Shown in pieces: positions 48,534 through 57,445 of a DNA stretch of 63,878 nucleotides. The notes beneath the pieces were generated by a model. That model saw nothing but the letters and a program-made list of their open reading frames with translations, searched no databases and was not told the DNA's origin. The stretch comes from Bacillales bacterium UBA6356 (GTDB lineage: Bacteria > Bacillota_I > Bacilli_A > RFN20 > CAG-826). Made by a program: the position numbers and the translations under genes. Position 1 is the first letter of the stretch. Each line of letters opens with the position of its first letter. The stretch covers positions 10,060 to 73,937 of the forward strand of contig DJRQ01000038.1 in assembly GCA_002440125.1 (NCBI GenBank), in the 5' to 3' direction.

Positions 48534-49739
48534 ATGAAAGAAGATAAAGCGCTCGAAAGATTCTTGCGTTACGTGAAAATCGACACCCAAAGCGACGAAA
48601 ATAGCTCCTCGTCCCCAAGTACGGCCAAACAGCTAAACTTAGCGAAAGCGTTAAAAGAAGAACTCGAAGGCTTGGGGATGATGGTCGAAATCGACCGATA
48701 TGGACGTGTTTATTCGCATTTGGCTGGCGAAAAAGGCCTTGATGTCATCGGGCTCAATTCCCATATGGACACCGCTTTAGAATGTTCGGGAAAAGATGTG
48801 AAACCACAAATCATCGAGAATTACGACGGAAAAGACATCCGCCTCAATAAGGACGTCACGATGTCGCCAAAAGACTTCCCTTCTTTGAATGGACATATCG
48901 GAGATACCCTCGTTGTCACTTCCGGCGATACTCTTTTGGGTGGAGACGATAAAGCGGGCATCGCCATCATCATGAGCGTTCTAAGCTATCTCCACGAGCA
49001 TCCCGAAATCAAACATCACCCTCTTTCCATTTTATTCACGCCAGATGAGGAGATCGGAAGAGGGCCCGAGCATTTCGATGCCAAGAAGTTCGGAGCGGAC
49101 TACGCCTACACAATCGATGGCGATTATCCGAATCACATCGACATCGATAATTTCAATGGCTCCCATGCCGATCTCACCTTTAAGGGCGTTGAAATCCATC
49201 CAGGCGAAGCCAAAGGAAAGCTCATAAACGCCATTCGCTTGGCCGAGGAATTCGACTCCTTGCTTCCCGTTTTCGATAAACCGGAATATACGGAAGGCTA
49301 CGAAGGCTTTAATCACCTTCTCCATATCGAAGGGACAAGCGGCCTTTGCAAAACCCACTATATTTTAAGAAATCACTGCAAAACCCTCCTCGAAAAGCAA
49401 AAGCAAGACTTCGAGAATGCCCTCAAATTCATGCAAAAGAAATATCCGAAGGCAGAAATCACACTCTCTATCGCGGATGATTACCGCAACATGCACGAGG
49501 TGCTTGAAAAGGATCCCCGGGCCATAGAGCACGCGAAAAAAGCCTTCGAAAGCTTAGGCATCACCCCTCTTTCTTTGCCCGTACGCGGCGGAACGGATGG
49601 CGCGACTTTCTCCTTTAAAGGCTGCCCTACCCCTAACCTTGGCACGGGAAGCTATAACCACCATGGCCGATACGAGTATTTAAGTCTTAGAGACTTCCAT
49701 CGAATGATTGACATCGTTTTGGCAATCGTGAAGGCTTAG
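48534..49739 (+). CDS. pepT: Peptidase T (M20B tripeptide aminopeptidase)
   Basis: 401 aa; RFLRYVKIDTQSDE N-terminus; HMDT and GGDDKAGIA metal-ligand motifs. Confidence 0.9.
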   Translation: MKEDKALERFLRYVKIDTQSDENSSSSPSTAKQLNLAKALKEELEGLGMMVEIDRYGRVYSHLAGEKGLDVIGLNSHMDTALECSGKDVKPQIIENYDGKDIRLNKDVTMSPKDFPSLNGHIGDTLVVTSGDTLLGGDDKAGIAIIMSVLSYLHEHPEIKHHPLSILFTPDEEIGRGPEHFDAKKFGADYAYTIDGDYPNHIDIDNFNGSHADLTFKGVEIHPGEAKGKLINAIRLAEEFDSLLPVFDKPEYTEGYEGFNHLLHIEGTSGLCKTHYILRNHCKTLLEKQKQDFENALKFMQKKYPKAEITLSIADDYRNMHEVLEKDPRAIEHAKKAFESLGITPLSLPVRGGTDGATFSFKGCPTPNLGTGSYNHHGRYEYLSLRDFHRMIDIVLAIVKA

Positions 49740-49758
49740 TTTCTCTTTAACCTTCTAA

Positions 49759-49783
49759 GTCAGGCGAACCCTGGCTTTTTTTT
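49759..49783 (+). terminator. Rho-independent terminator after pepT
   Basis: GTCAGG-cgaac-CCTGGC hairpin (one G-U pair) followed by T8. Confidence 0.6.
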
Positions 49784-49869
49784 GATAGCTACCGCTTCTT
49801 TCGCTCTAAACGAAAATCCTTTGGCCGCTTCCAAAATAAAAAAAGCCCAGAAGGGCAAGAAGCAAATTT

Positions 49870-49944
49870 TGGCTGGGGTGACTGGGATCGGACCAGTGCA
49901 TGAGGGTTTCAGAGACCCTTGCCTTACCGCTTGGCTACACCCCA
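49870..49944 (-). tRNA. tRNA-Gln (anticodon CUG), with a non-canonical T loop
   Basis: Hand fold: acceptor TGGGGTG/CACCCCA, anticodon arm AGGGT-CTCTGAA-ACCCT, T arm ACTGG-TCCGATC-CCAGT (C at the position that is normally U55), encoded CCA. Confidence 0.75.
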
Positions 49945-50021
49945 AGAGCAAACAATATTTTACACATACCGTTTTAGAGAGCAACTAAGAAAAACAAGGA
50001 TATTGGAGATTCTCTCACCCC

Positions 50022-50546
50022 TTATTCCTTCTTCTTTATAGGCTTCTCCTCTGGCGTTTTCGTAAGAGCTTTCGATTTGGCGTATCGCTCTGGATTCTCT
50101 TTAAACCACGCCATCATAAGAAGCCCAAAGACAAAGAAAACGCCTTCAAAGACAAGAAGGAAAACGCTATAGGTCCTTAGGAGCGACACCATCTCTTCTT
50201 CTTCTTTGAACGTATAAGAAGAAAGAAGCAACATCAACCCGCTAAATAGCAAAGCGATACGGATAGACGCATAGAGAATATCGAGGGAAAAGAAGTAAGA
50301 TTCGCTTTTTCGAAGAGGCAAGAAGGAAAGAAGAAGCAAAACGACGTAAAGAAGAAGCGAAAGCAAACTAAAAGCCCCGAAAGCGTAGATAATCCAAGAA
50401 GCCTCACCCACGCCTTTCTTAGCCAAAAGGAAATAAAGAAAGAGACCGCTCCCAAAAAGAGTCAATAAGCCAAGGATAATGTAAGAAGAGAGATGAAAAA
50501 GAACTTTCAGACGCGCCTTAAGAGTCATTTGAATGCCATTACCCAT
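50022..50546 (-). CDS. Polytopic membrane protein, unknown function
   Basis: 174 aa; about five hydrophobic helices; SD GGAAGGAG upstream. Confidence 0.6.
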   Translation of the reverse strand: MGNGIQMTLKARLKVLFHLSSYIILGLLTLFGSGLFLYFLLAKKGVGEASWIIYAFGAFSLLSLLLYVVLLLLSFLPLRKSESYFFSLDILYASIRIALLFSGLMLLLSSYTFKEEEEMVSLLRTYSVFLLVFEGVFFVFGLLMMAWFKENPERYAKSKALTKTPEEKPIKKKE

Positions 50547-50561
50547 ACCACTCCTTCCTAG

Positions 50562-50705
50562 CTAGTATGAATCGATATGATCCCGATAGCGATAGGAACC
50601 ATTCGAATGGTTCTCGGGTTCGATCTCCCTCTCGTGAAGCATATCAATATCTTCTCCGGTCCGTTCTTTCTTTTTAGGAACGTAGGGTTTCTTCTTTTCG
50701 TTCAT
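50562..50705 (-). CDS. Small (47-aa) charged ORF, translationally coupled; below the ORF-track size cutoff
   Basis: My translation is MNEKKKPYVPKKKERTGEDIDMLHEREIEPENHSNGSYRYRDHIDSY. Its ATG (50705-50703) overlaps the TGA of the upstream transporter gene (ttATGAac). Its stop lies 15 nt before the next gene's ATG. Confidence 0.35.
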   Translation of the reverse strand: MNEKKKPYVPKKKERTGEDIDMLHEREIEPENHSNGSYRYRDHIDSY

Positions 50706-51592
50706 AAGCTCACCCAAATGAAAGAATAGCCTAGAACCAACGAAAAGAAAATGAGAATGCCCATGATCATAAAGGCCTCTTTGAGATTTTTCTTGCTTCT
50801 AAAAAGATAAAGAGGACCCAAGCCCGCATTCATGGCTAAACCCGTTAACAAAGCGCCAAAAGACAAGGCGCTTCCGATATAGAGATCGCTTAAAAGAACG
50901 CTGGAGGCGCAATTGGGAATCATGCCGATGACCAAAGCCGCTAGCGGCGAAAGATAATAATTTGCCGTTAAGAAGCTTTGGATGTCGTCCTCGCCGACCC
51001 CCAAAATCAATAGGCCGAAAAGGAAGGAAACAAGATAGCTATAGAGAAAGATTTTCAAAGAGTGAACGAGAGGATGGAAAAGATGCTCATGCCACTTCCC
51101 TTCGTGCTCTTCTTCGATTTCATGGCCGCAACAGCCTTTGTGGCAAGCCTTCTCGCCTTCGCAACCTTCGAGATGCTCTTCAACCTCCTGATCGTTTCGC
51201 TTGGCCAATAAATCAACCAAAAAGCCAAAAAAAGTTCCAGCCACGATCTTAATGCCCAAAACCGCAAAAGCCATATACCACTTCCCGCTAAAATCGCCTA
51301 GAAGAACTGGAAAAGCTTCGTCGCTTGTCGATAAGAAGATGGCAATTAAGGTGCCAAGAGTCAAATGCCGTTTGAGATAAAGATCGCTTCCTATGACGCT
51401 CATGCCGCATTGTGGAATGGCGCCGACCAAAGATCCGAAAAACGGTCCATAGTGTTTTCCTTTTTCAAGGAGCTTGGCTATCTTTCCCTCGAAAAAGGAC
51501 AAAAGAACGTAGATAACAAGAGCCAAAGCGAGGATTTTGAGAGAATCGTAGAGACTATCGAGAGCGAGCTCTAGGACATTTTCGGCATTCAT
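50702..51592 (-). CDS. Putative 10-TM metal/metalloid permease (ArsP_2 / DUF2899-like) with a His/Cys-rich loop
   Basis: 296 aa; duplicated membrane motifs AIPQCGMS and MIPNCASS; central loop EGCEGEKACHKGCCGHEIEEEHEGKWHEH. Confidence 0.55.
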   Translation of the reverse strand: MNAENVLELALDSLYDSLKILALALVIYVLLSFFEGKIAKLLEKGKHYGPFFGSLVGAIPQCGMSVIGSDLYLKRHLTLGTLIAIFLSTSDEAFPVLLGDFSGKWYMAFAVLGIKIVAGTFFGFLVDLLAKRNDQEVEEHLEGCEGEKACHKGCCGHEIEEEHEGKWHEHLFHPLVHSLKIFLYSYLVSFLFGLLILGVGEDDIQSFLTANYYLSPLAALVIGMIPNCASSVLLSDLYIGSALSFGALLTGLAMNAGLGPLYLFRSKKNLKEAFMIMGILIFFSLVLGYSFIWVSL

Positions 51593-51661
51593 ACGCCATT
51601 ATGATACTCTTTTCGTCAAGTCCTTCCTTCTTTTGGATTATAATGAGCAAGAGGTAAAACT

Positions 51662-52489
51662 ATGGCTATAGAAAAATGCACGCATGACTGCTCCTCTTGC
51701 GGTGTGAGCGGATGCAATTCGAGAACGAAGATCCAAAAGCTCGTTCCCAATAAGGCAAGCAAAATCAAAAAGACCATCGCCGTTATGAGTGGCAAAGGCG
51801 GCGTTGGAAAGTCGATGGTCACCTGTTTATTGGCCGTCTCTCTTTTAAACGAAGGAAAGAAGGTGGCCATTTTAGACGCAGATGTGACTGGGCCATCGAT
51901 CCCGAAAGCGTTCGGTCTAAATAACTATCAAGCCTATGGCGATGAAAATGGCATATTCCCCGCCGAAAGCGAAAAGGGCATAAAGCTTCTAAGCGCCAAT
52001 AATCTCTTAGAGGATCCAAGCGCGCCCATTATCTGGCGCGGAAGCCTCGTTTCGAACTTGGTAGCTCAAATGTATACCATGGCCATATTCGAAGAAGTCG
52101 ACGTTCTATTGATCGATATGCCCCCAGGAACGGGGGATATTCCTTTAACGGTCTTCCAACAGATTCCACTCAATAGCGCTATCTTTGTTTCTTCGCCTCA
52201 AGAGCTTGTGGAGGAGGTCGTTAAGAAATCCACCACCATGGCCAAGGAAATGAAGATCAAAGTCCTAGGCCTGGTAGAGAATATGTCTTATGTCGAATGC
52301 CCGAAATGTCACGAAATCATCCATCCTTTCGGCAATAAGGACGGGGAAGAAATAGCGAAGAAACTCGATATCCCCTTCCTTAGCGAACTGCCCATCGATC
52401 CAAAGCTCGCAAAGCTTGTGGACGAAGGGAAAATCGAAGAATATCAGGCAAACTATCTCGATAAGGCAATCCAAGCGATTCTAAGCTAA
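51662..52489 (+). CDS. Mrp/NBP35-family Fe-S cluster carrier ATPase (ApbC-like)
   Basis: 275 aa; deviant Walker A MSGKGGVGKS; N-terminal Cys cluster CTHDCSSCGVSGC; CPKC pair. Confidence 0.9.
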   Translation: MAIEKCTHDCSSCGVSGCNSRTKIQKLVPNKASKIKKTIAVMSGKGGVGKSMVTCLLAVSLLNEGKKVAILDADVTGPSIPKAFGLNNYQAYGDENGIFPAESEKGIKLLSANNLLEDPSAPIIWRGSLVSNLVAQMYTMAIFEEVDVLLIDMPPGTGDIPLTVFQQIPLNSAIFVSSPQELVEEVVKKSTTMAKEMKIKVLGLVENMSYVECPKCHEIIHPFGNKDGEEIAKKLDIPFLSELPIDPKLAKLVDEGKIEEYQANYLDKAIQAILS

Positions 52490-52496
52490 TCTTCCA

Positions 52497-52526
52497 GGGG
52501 GCCTATTCTAAAAGGCCCCTTTTTTG
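52497..52526 (+). terminator. Rho-independent terminator after the mrp-like gene
   Basis: GGGGGCC (52497-52503), loop, GGCCCC (52515-52520), then T6. Confidence 0.7.
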
Positions 52527-52529
52527 TGC

Positions 52530-52558
52530 TTGCAATGTATACCCTATGGGGGTATTAC
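52530..52558 (+). promoter_or_regulatory. csoR-copA promoter with an embedded CsoR-type operator
   Basis: TTGCAA (52530-52535), 17-nt spacer, TATTAC (52553-52558). The spacer contains the GC-rich pseudo-palindrome ATACCCTATGGGGGTAT (52539-52555), which resembles known CsoR boxes. Confidence 0.65.
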
Positions 52559-52577
52559 TTAGAAGGAGGATAATCCC

Positions 52578-52880
52578 ATGGAAAAATGCTCATGCGAGAA
52601 GAAAAGCAAAAGAATCCCCCGAGACCCCAAAGAAAAGAAAGATCTCGAAAATCGGATAAGCCGCATCCAAGGACAACTTAATGGGGTTAAGAAGATGATC
52701 GAGGAAGACCGCTACTGCGGGGATATATTGATACAAGTCGCGGCTATTGAAAAAGCACTCGAAAAAGTAGCCCTCATCCTCTTAAAAACGCATATGAAAA
52801 CATGCGTCAAGGACGATATCTTAGAAGGAAATAGCGCCATTATCGACGAAACCATTTCCTTAGTGGAAAGGCTTAAATAG
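52578..52880 (+). CDS. csoR: CsoR-family copper-sensing repressor
   Basis: 100 aa; RIQGQLNGVKKMIEEDRYCGDILIQVAAIEKAL with the conserved Cys and His/Cys ligand positions. Confidence 0.9.
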   Translation: MEKCSCEKKSKRIPRDPKEKKDLENRISRIQGQLNGVKKMIEEDRYCGDILIQVAAIEKALEKVALILLKTHMKTCVKDDILEGNSAIIDETISLVERLK

Positions 52881-52882
52881 TT

Positions 52883-55447
52883 ATGGAAGAGAAAAAAGAG
52901 CATTTCGCGATTGAGGGCATGAGTTGCGCCTCTTGCGTCGCCCATGTCGAAAAAGCCACGAAGAAAGTCGAAGGCGTTCTCGAAGCCGACGTCAATCTTT
53001 TGACAAACTCCATGGATGTCACCTACAAAGAACCGGCAAGCATCGAAAAAATTGAAAAATCCGTTGCAAAAGCCGGCTATAAAGCTGTTCCAAGCGAGAA
53101 AAAGAAGGAAAAAGAAAAGCCAAATGACGCTTTTGGGAACCGAGAGGAAGGAAAGAAACTCCTCTGGCGTTTAATCCCTTCCTTCCTCATTTTGATTCCT
53201 CTTTTCTATATCGGCATGGGCTCGATGCTCTCTTGGCCTTTAGGAGAACTCGGCAAGAATTTGTTGGACATTGCCCTTATCGAGCTTCTCCTTTCCATAA
53301 GCATTATCCTCCTCAATATCCCTTTCTTCGTATCCGGCTTTAAGTCCCTTTATCATCTTTCCCCGAATATGGATAGTTTGGTGGCAATGGCAAGCACCGT
53401 TTCGTTTATCTATAGCCTTGTCATGATGTTCTTAATGAATGGGGACGCTTTAAGGGGGGCGAACGAGGCTTTGATGCATCACTCCATGAATCTTTCTTTC
53501 GAAAGCGCAGGCATGGTGCCTTCTTTTGTGCTATTGGGAAAAATGCTAGAAGCCTTCTCCAAAGGGAAGACGACAAACGCGATCGCTTCCTTGCTTCGGC
53601 TTGCCCCAAAAGAAGCCACGCTCCTAAAGGATGGCCAAGAAGTCAAAGTCCTTTCGAAAGACATCAAGCAAGGAGACCTCATCTTAGTGCGTCCTGGGGA
53701 AAGCTTTGCCATCGATGGCGTTATCTTAGAAGGCGCCTCATCGGTGAACGAAAGTAGCTTAACTGGCGAATCTTTGCCCATCTTAAAGGAAAAGGGCAAA
53801 GAGGTTTATAGTGGCACGATCAATATCGATGGCCTTCTTAAGGTAAAAGCCACCAAAGTCGGAGAGGATACGACTCTCCACAAAATCGTGAAGCTCGTCG
53901 AACAAAGCGCGGCATCCAAACCGAAAATCGCCGTTTTGGCGGACCGCATCTCTTCCGTCTTTATTCCCTCCGTCTTCCTTTTATCTCTCCTTGTCTTCGG
54001 AGGATGGATGCTCTTTGGAGGAGAATTCGTATCGCAAAGCTCCCATGCCAATAGCCTATTTGGCTACGCTTTAGAAAGAGCGATTTCAGTGCTGGTCATC
54101 GCTTGTCCTTGCGCCCTTGGATTAGCAACCCCTGTCGCCACCATGGTTTCTTCGGGAAAGGGCGCTAAAAATGGTCTTCTTTTCAAAAACGCAAAAGCCC
54201 TTGAAGAAACGGGGAAATGCCGTTATGTCGTCTTTGATAAGACAGGGACTTTAACGAAAGGCGAAATGGTTGTTACCGATTTAGTCCCCTTTAAAGGAGA
54301 TAAGGAAAGCCTTTTGGCTATGGCGGCGGCACTAGAAAAGGGAAGCGAACACCCTTTGGCCAAGGCCATATTAAAAGAAGCAAGCGCGAAAAAGATAGAA
54401 ACGCCTGAGATCTCTTCCTTTAAAGCCATCATCGGAAAAGGGGTCGAAGGAAGGAAAGATGGAGTTCTTTTGAAACTAGGAAAGCGTTCCTTCATAGAAG
54501 AAAACGCTTCTCTTCCCAATGAAGCCCTTATGAAAGCAAAAGAACTCTCTCAAAAAGGAAAAACGATTCTCTTTTTAATAGAAGGAAATGAGTTTTGCGG
54601 TCTTATTGCGATTTCCGATGAGCCTAAAGAAGACGCCAAAGAAGCCATACTTCTTTTAAAAGAAGAAGGCTATACGCCGGTGATGCTTACGGGCGATAAC
54701 GAAGAAACGGCCAAAGAAATCGCCCAAACCTTAGGAATAGAGCACTACCGCTCGTCTTTGCTTCCAGAAGGAAAGGTCAAAGCCGTCGGGGAGCTTAAAA
54801 AAGAAGGAAAGGTCCTTATGGTAGGCGATGGCATTAACGACGCTCCCGCCCTCATGCAAGCCAACGTCGGAATCGCTATCGGAAAGGGAACGGATATCGC
54901 CATTGAGTCCGCCGATATCGTTCTGACTCGGAGCGAGCTCAAAGACGTCGTTAAAGCGATTCATCTTTCAAGGTTAACGACAAGGAACATCGCCGAGAAC
55001 CTCTTTTGGGCCTTCTTCTATAACCTCATCATGATTCCGATTGCCGCAGGCGCTTATAGCGCCCTTGGCTTAGTGGCATTAAAGCCTTGGATGGGAGCGG
55101 CCGCCATGAGTCTTTCGAGCGTTTCGGTGGTAATGAACGCTTTAAGAATCAACGCTTTCCATCTTGAAAAGAGAAGAAGCAAAGTTCACTTTAAAGAAGG
55201 GAAAGGAATTTCTTGTCCCTTGAAGAAGGAGGATGAAAACATGGAAAAATTCGTTATCGGTGTGGATGGCATGATGTGCGAAATGTGCGCCAAACACGTT
55301 AAGGATGCCCTTCAAAAGGCTGGATTTTGTAACGTCGAAGTCTCTCTAAGCAAGAAAGAAGCACGTTTTGAAGCGATCTCTTTTGACGAAGCGAAAGCGA
55401 AAACCGCCATCGAAGAAGCGGGATACCAATATACGGGGAGAAAGTAA
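52883..55447 (+). CDS. copA: Copper-translocating P1B-type ATPase with N- and C-terminal HMA domains
   Basis: 854 aa; GMSCASC N-terminal HMA; CPC (ACPCALGLATP), DKTGTLT and GDGINDAP motifs; C-terminal HMA DGMMCEMCAKHV. Confidence 0.95.
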   Translation: MEEKKEHFAIEGMSCASCVAHVEKATKKVEGVLEADVNLLTNSMDVTYKEPASIEKIEKSVAKAGYKAVPSEKKKEKEKPNDAFGNREEGKKLLWRLIPSFLILIPLFYIGMGSMLSWPLGELGKNLLDIALIELLLSISIILLNIPFFVSGFKSLYHLSPNMDSLVAMASTVSFIYSLVMMFLMNGDALRGANEALMHHSMNLSFESAGMVPSFVLLGKMLEAFSKGKTTNAIASLLRLAPKEATLLKDGQEVKVLSKDIKQGDLILVRPGESFAIDGVILEGASSVNESSLTGESLPILKEKGKEVYSGTINIDGLLKVKATKVGEDTTLHKIVKLVEQSAASKPKIAVLADRISSVFIPSVFLLSLLVFGGWMLFGGEFVSQSSHANSLFGYALERAISVLVIACPCALGLATPVATMVSSGKGAKNGLLFKNAKALEETGKCRYVVFDKTGTLTKGEMVVTDLVPFKGDKESLLAMAAALEKGSEHPLAKAILKEASAKKIETPEISSFKAIIGKGVEGRKDGVLLKLGKRSFIEENASLPNEALMKAKELSQKGKTILFLIEGNEFCGLIAISDEPKEDAKEAILLLKEEGYTPVMLTGDNEETAKEIAQTLGIEHYRSSLLPEGKVKAVGELKKEGKVLMVGDGINDAPALMQANVGIAIGKGTDIAIESADIVLTRSELKDVVKAIHLSRLTTRNIAENLFWAFFYNLIMIPIAAGAYSALGLVALKPWMGAAAMSLSSVSVVMNALRINAFHLEKRRSKVHFKEGKGISCPLKKEDENMEKFVIGVDGMMCEMCAKHVKDALQKAGFCNVEVSLSKKEARFEAISFDEAKAKTAIEEAGYQYTGRK

Positions 55448-55448
55448 G

Positions 55449-56423
55449 CTAACGGTATTTCTTCTCGAGTTCTTCTTTCAAAAAATCCTTTTGATCATTC
55501 TCAAGGAAGCTTCCTTCGACGCTATTAAGGAAGAGTTCTTTCATGGTCTCATCGCTTAGTCCAAAGGTTTTTTGAACTTTCTCGCATTCTTCTTGAAGCG
55601 TTATATTCGAGACGGTCATATCATCGGTATTGATGCACGTTTTTACGCCATAGCGAAGAAAAGTCTTAAGGGGAAGATCTTCGTAGCGATCGATCGCATG
55701 GGTGTCTTTTTCGCTTGTTGGGCAAAGCTCAAGAAGAACGCCACTGCTCGCCAAAAAGGAAAGAAGCATCTTATCTTTGACGGCACTCACGCCATGGCCG
55801 ATCCGTCTAGCGCCCATCTTAAGGGCTTCCCAAATGGAGTCGGGACCGCTTGCTTCGCCAGCGTGGATCGTAAAAGGGATGTCGAGCTCATTGGCGAGCT
55901 TGAAAACGTTTTGGAAGGAAGAAGTCGGAAAAAGAGCCTCAGCTCCCGCCAAATCAAGCCCGCACACCCCTTTATGGAGATATTCTTTGGCAAGCCGCAC
56001 CGTAAGAAGATTCTCTTCCTCGTTTCCCTCTCCGCGCATCGCACATAATATGAGGTTCGCTGGGAAAGCGTAATCCTTTTTGGCCTTTTCTAAACCCTTT
56101 ATAGCAGCTTCAACCACATCTTTTTGCGTCAAGCCTTCTTGGGTATGGAGTTGTGGCGCGAAACGGACTTCCGCATAAAGAAGACCGCTTCGCGATAAGC
56201 GAGAAAGAAGGAAATAGACCGCTTTCTCGATGCATTCCTTCTTTTGAAGGACCTTAAGCGGGAATTCAAAGCACTTTAGATAGTCATTTAAAGAATGGCA
56301 GCTCTCATCCACCGAAATGTGAGCGGTTTTCGCATATTCGAGAGGGATCCCAGACATTTTGCCAAGAAGAAGGAGCTCTTCCCTCGTAAGAGAACCGTCA
56401 AGATGTAAATGTAAGTCAATCAT
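55449..56423 (-). CDS. add: Adenosine deaminase
   Basis: 324 aa; MIDLHLHLDGSL metal-binding N-terminus; HAGE and NTDD motifs. Confidence 0.9.
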   Translation of the reverse strand: MIDLHLHLDGSLTREELLLLGKMSGIPLEYAKTAHISVDESCHSLNDYLKCFEFPLKVLQKKECIEKAVYFLLSRLSRSGLLYAEVRFAPQLHTQEGLTQKDVVEAAIKGLEKAKKDYAFPANLILCAMRGEGNEEENLLTVRLAKEYLHKGVCGLDLAGAEALFPTSSFQNVFKLANELDIPFTIHAGEASGPDSIWEALKMGARRIGHGVSAVKDKMLLSFLASSGVLLELCPTSEKDTHAIDRYEDLPLKTFLRYGVKTCINTDDMTVSNITLQEECEKVQKTFGLSDETMKELFLNSVEGSFLENDQKDFLKEELEKKYR

Positions 56424-56464
56424 GCCGTAATTATCAATGGAAAACGAGGGCTTGTAAATCGCTA

Positions 56465-56497
56465 AAAAACAAAAAAAGGTCCCCGCTAGAGGAACCT
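56465..56497 (-). terminator. Probable terminator after the DegV-family gene
   Basis: Minus strand: AGGTTCC-tctagcg-GGGACCT imperfect hairpin followed by TTTTTTTGTTTTT. Confidence 0.5.
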
Positions 56498-56521
56498 AAA
56501 AAAATATCGAAAAAGCGACGA

Positions 56522-57445
56522 TTACGCTTTCTTTCCCAAAAGAGAAGACAAAACGGATTTCTTTTGGATAAGGCGGTTTTTCCCTTCGTAAAAGACCGCT
56601 AAAGTGCCAGGGCCAACATGGGCGCCGGTGATAAGATCGTAATAGTAGATCTCGATATTCCGGATGCCGCCTTCCTTCAATAAGGCTTCTAGGCTCTTGG
56701 CATCTTCCAAAGAGTCGCAATGAGCGATATAGACAAGCTTCTCTTTGTCGAAAACGTTCTCTAGAACCTGGCTTGCAAGTTTCTTGATGGAATTCTTCCG
56801 ACCTTGGACTTTCGAAGTGACGACGATTTTCCCCTCGGGGCTTCCATAAAGCAAAGGCTTAATGAGGAGAACGCCCGCGAGGATGGCGGCGACATTCGAC
56901 ACACGACCGCTATTGGCAAGATAACGGATGCTATCCACGGTGAATTCGCTTCGAACGGTTTGACGATACTTCTCGGTCTTCGAGACGATTTCTTCCAAAG
57001 AGAAACCTTCTTTCGCCAGGTTAGCGGCATAAAGAGCAATCATGCCTTCCCCTAGCCCCGCCGTCTTGGAATCAAGAACGTGGACCACTTCTTTCCCTTC
57101 TTTTTGGTTTAGCTCCTTAGCGATAAGAGTCGCAGCATTGAATGTTCCCGAGATACCGCTTGATAAAGTCACATAGAGCACCTCATTTCCTTTTGCTATC
57201 TCCTCTTTTGCTTTTTCTTCGAATAAGCCTGGGCTTGCCAAAGATGTTTGGGGCTTAGCACCCCCTTTCATAGCGGAATAGAACTCTTTCGACATCTTCT
57301 CGACGTCGATATCCTCGCTATAGCAGCGATATTCTTTTCCATTGAGCCTCAAAGTCATAGGAAGAAGGACGATATCGGCATTTCTTTTTAGGAGAATCTC
57401 TTTGAAAAGATTGCTTCCGGCATCGGTGTATATGCGAACGCTCAT
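56522..57445 (-). CDS. DegV-family fatty-acid-binding protein
   Basis: MSVRIYTDAGSNL..., TLSSGISGTFN and DSKTAGLGEG motifs. Start moved to ATG 57445 (SD GGAGG). Confidence 0.9.
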   Translation of the reverse strand: MSVRIYTDAGSNLFKEILLKRNADIVLLPMTLRLNGKEYRCYSEDIDVEKMSKEFYSAMKGGAKPQTSLASPGLFEEKAKEEIAKGNEVLYVTLSSGISGTFNAATLIAKELNQKEGKEVVHVLDSKTAGLGEGMIALYAANLAKEGFSLEEIVSKTEKYRQTVRSEFTVDSIRYLANSGRVSNVAAILAGVLLIKPLLYGSPEGKIVVTSKVQGRKNSIKKLASQVLENVFDKEKLVYIAHCDSLEDAKSLEALLKEGGIRNIEIYYYDLITGAHVGPGTLAVFYEGKNRLIQKKSVLSSLLGKKA

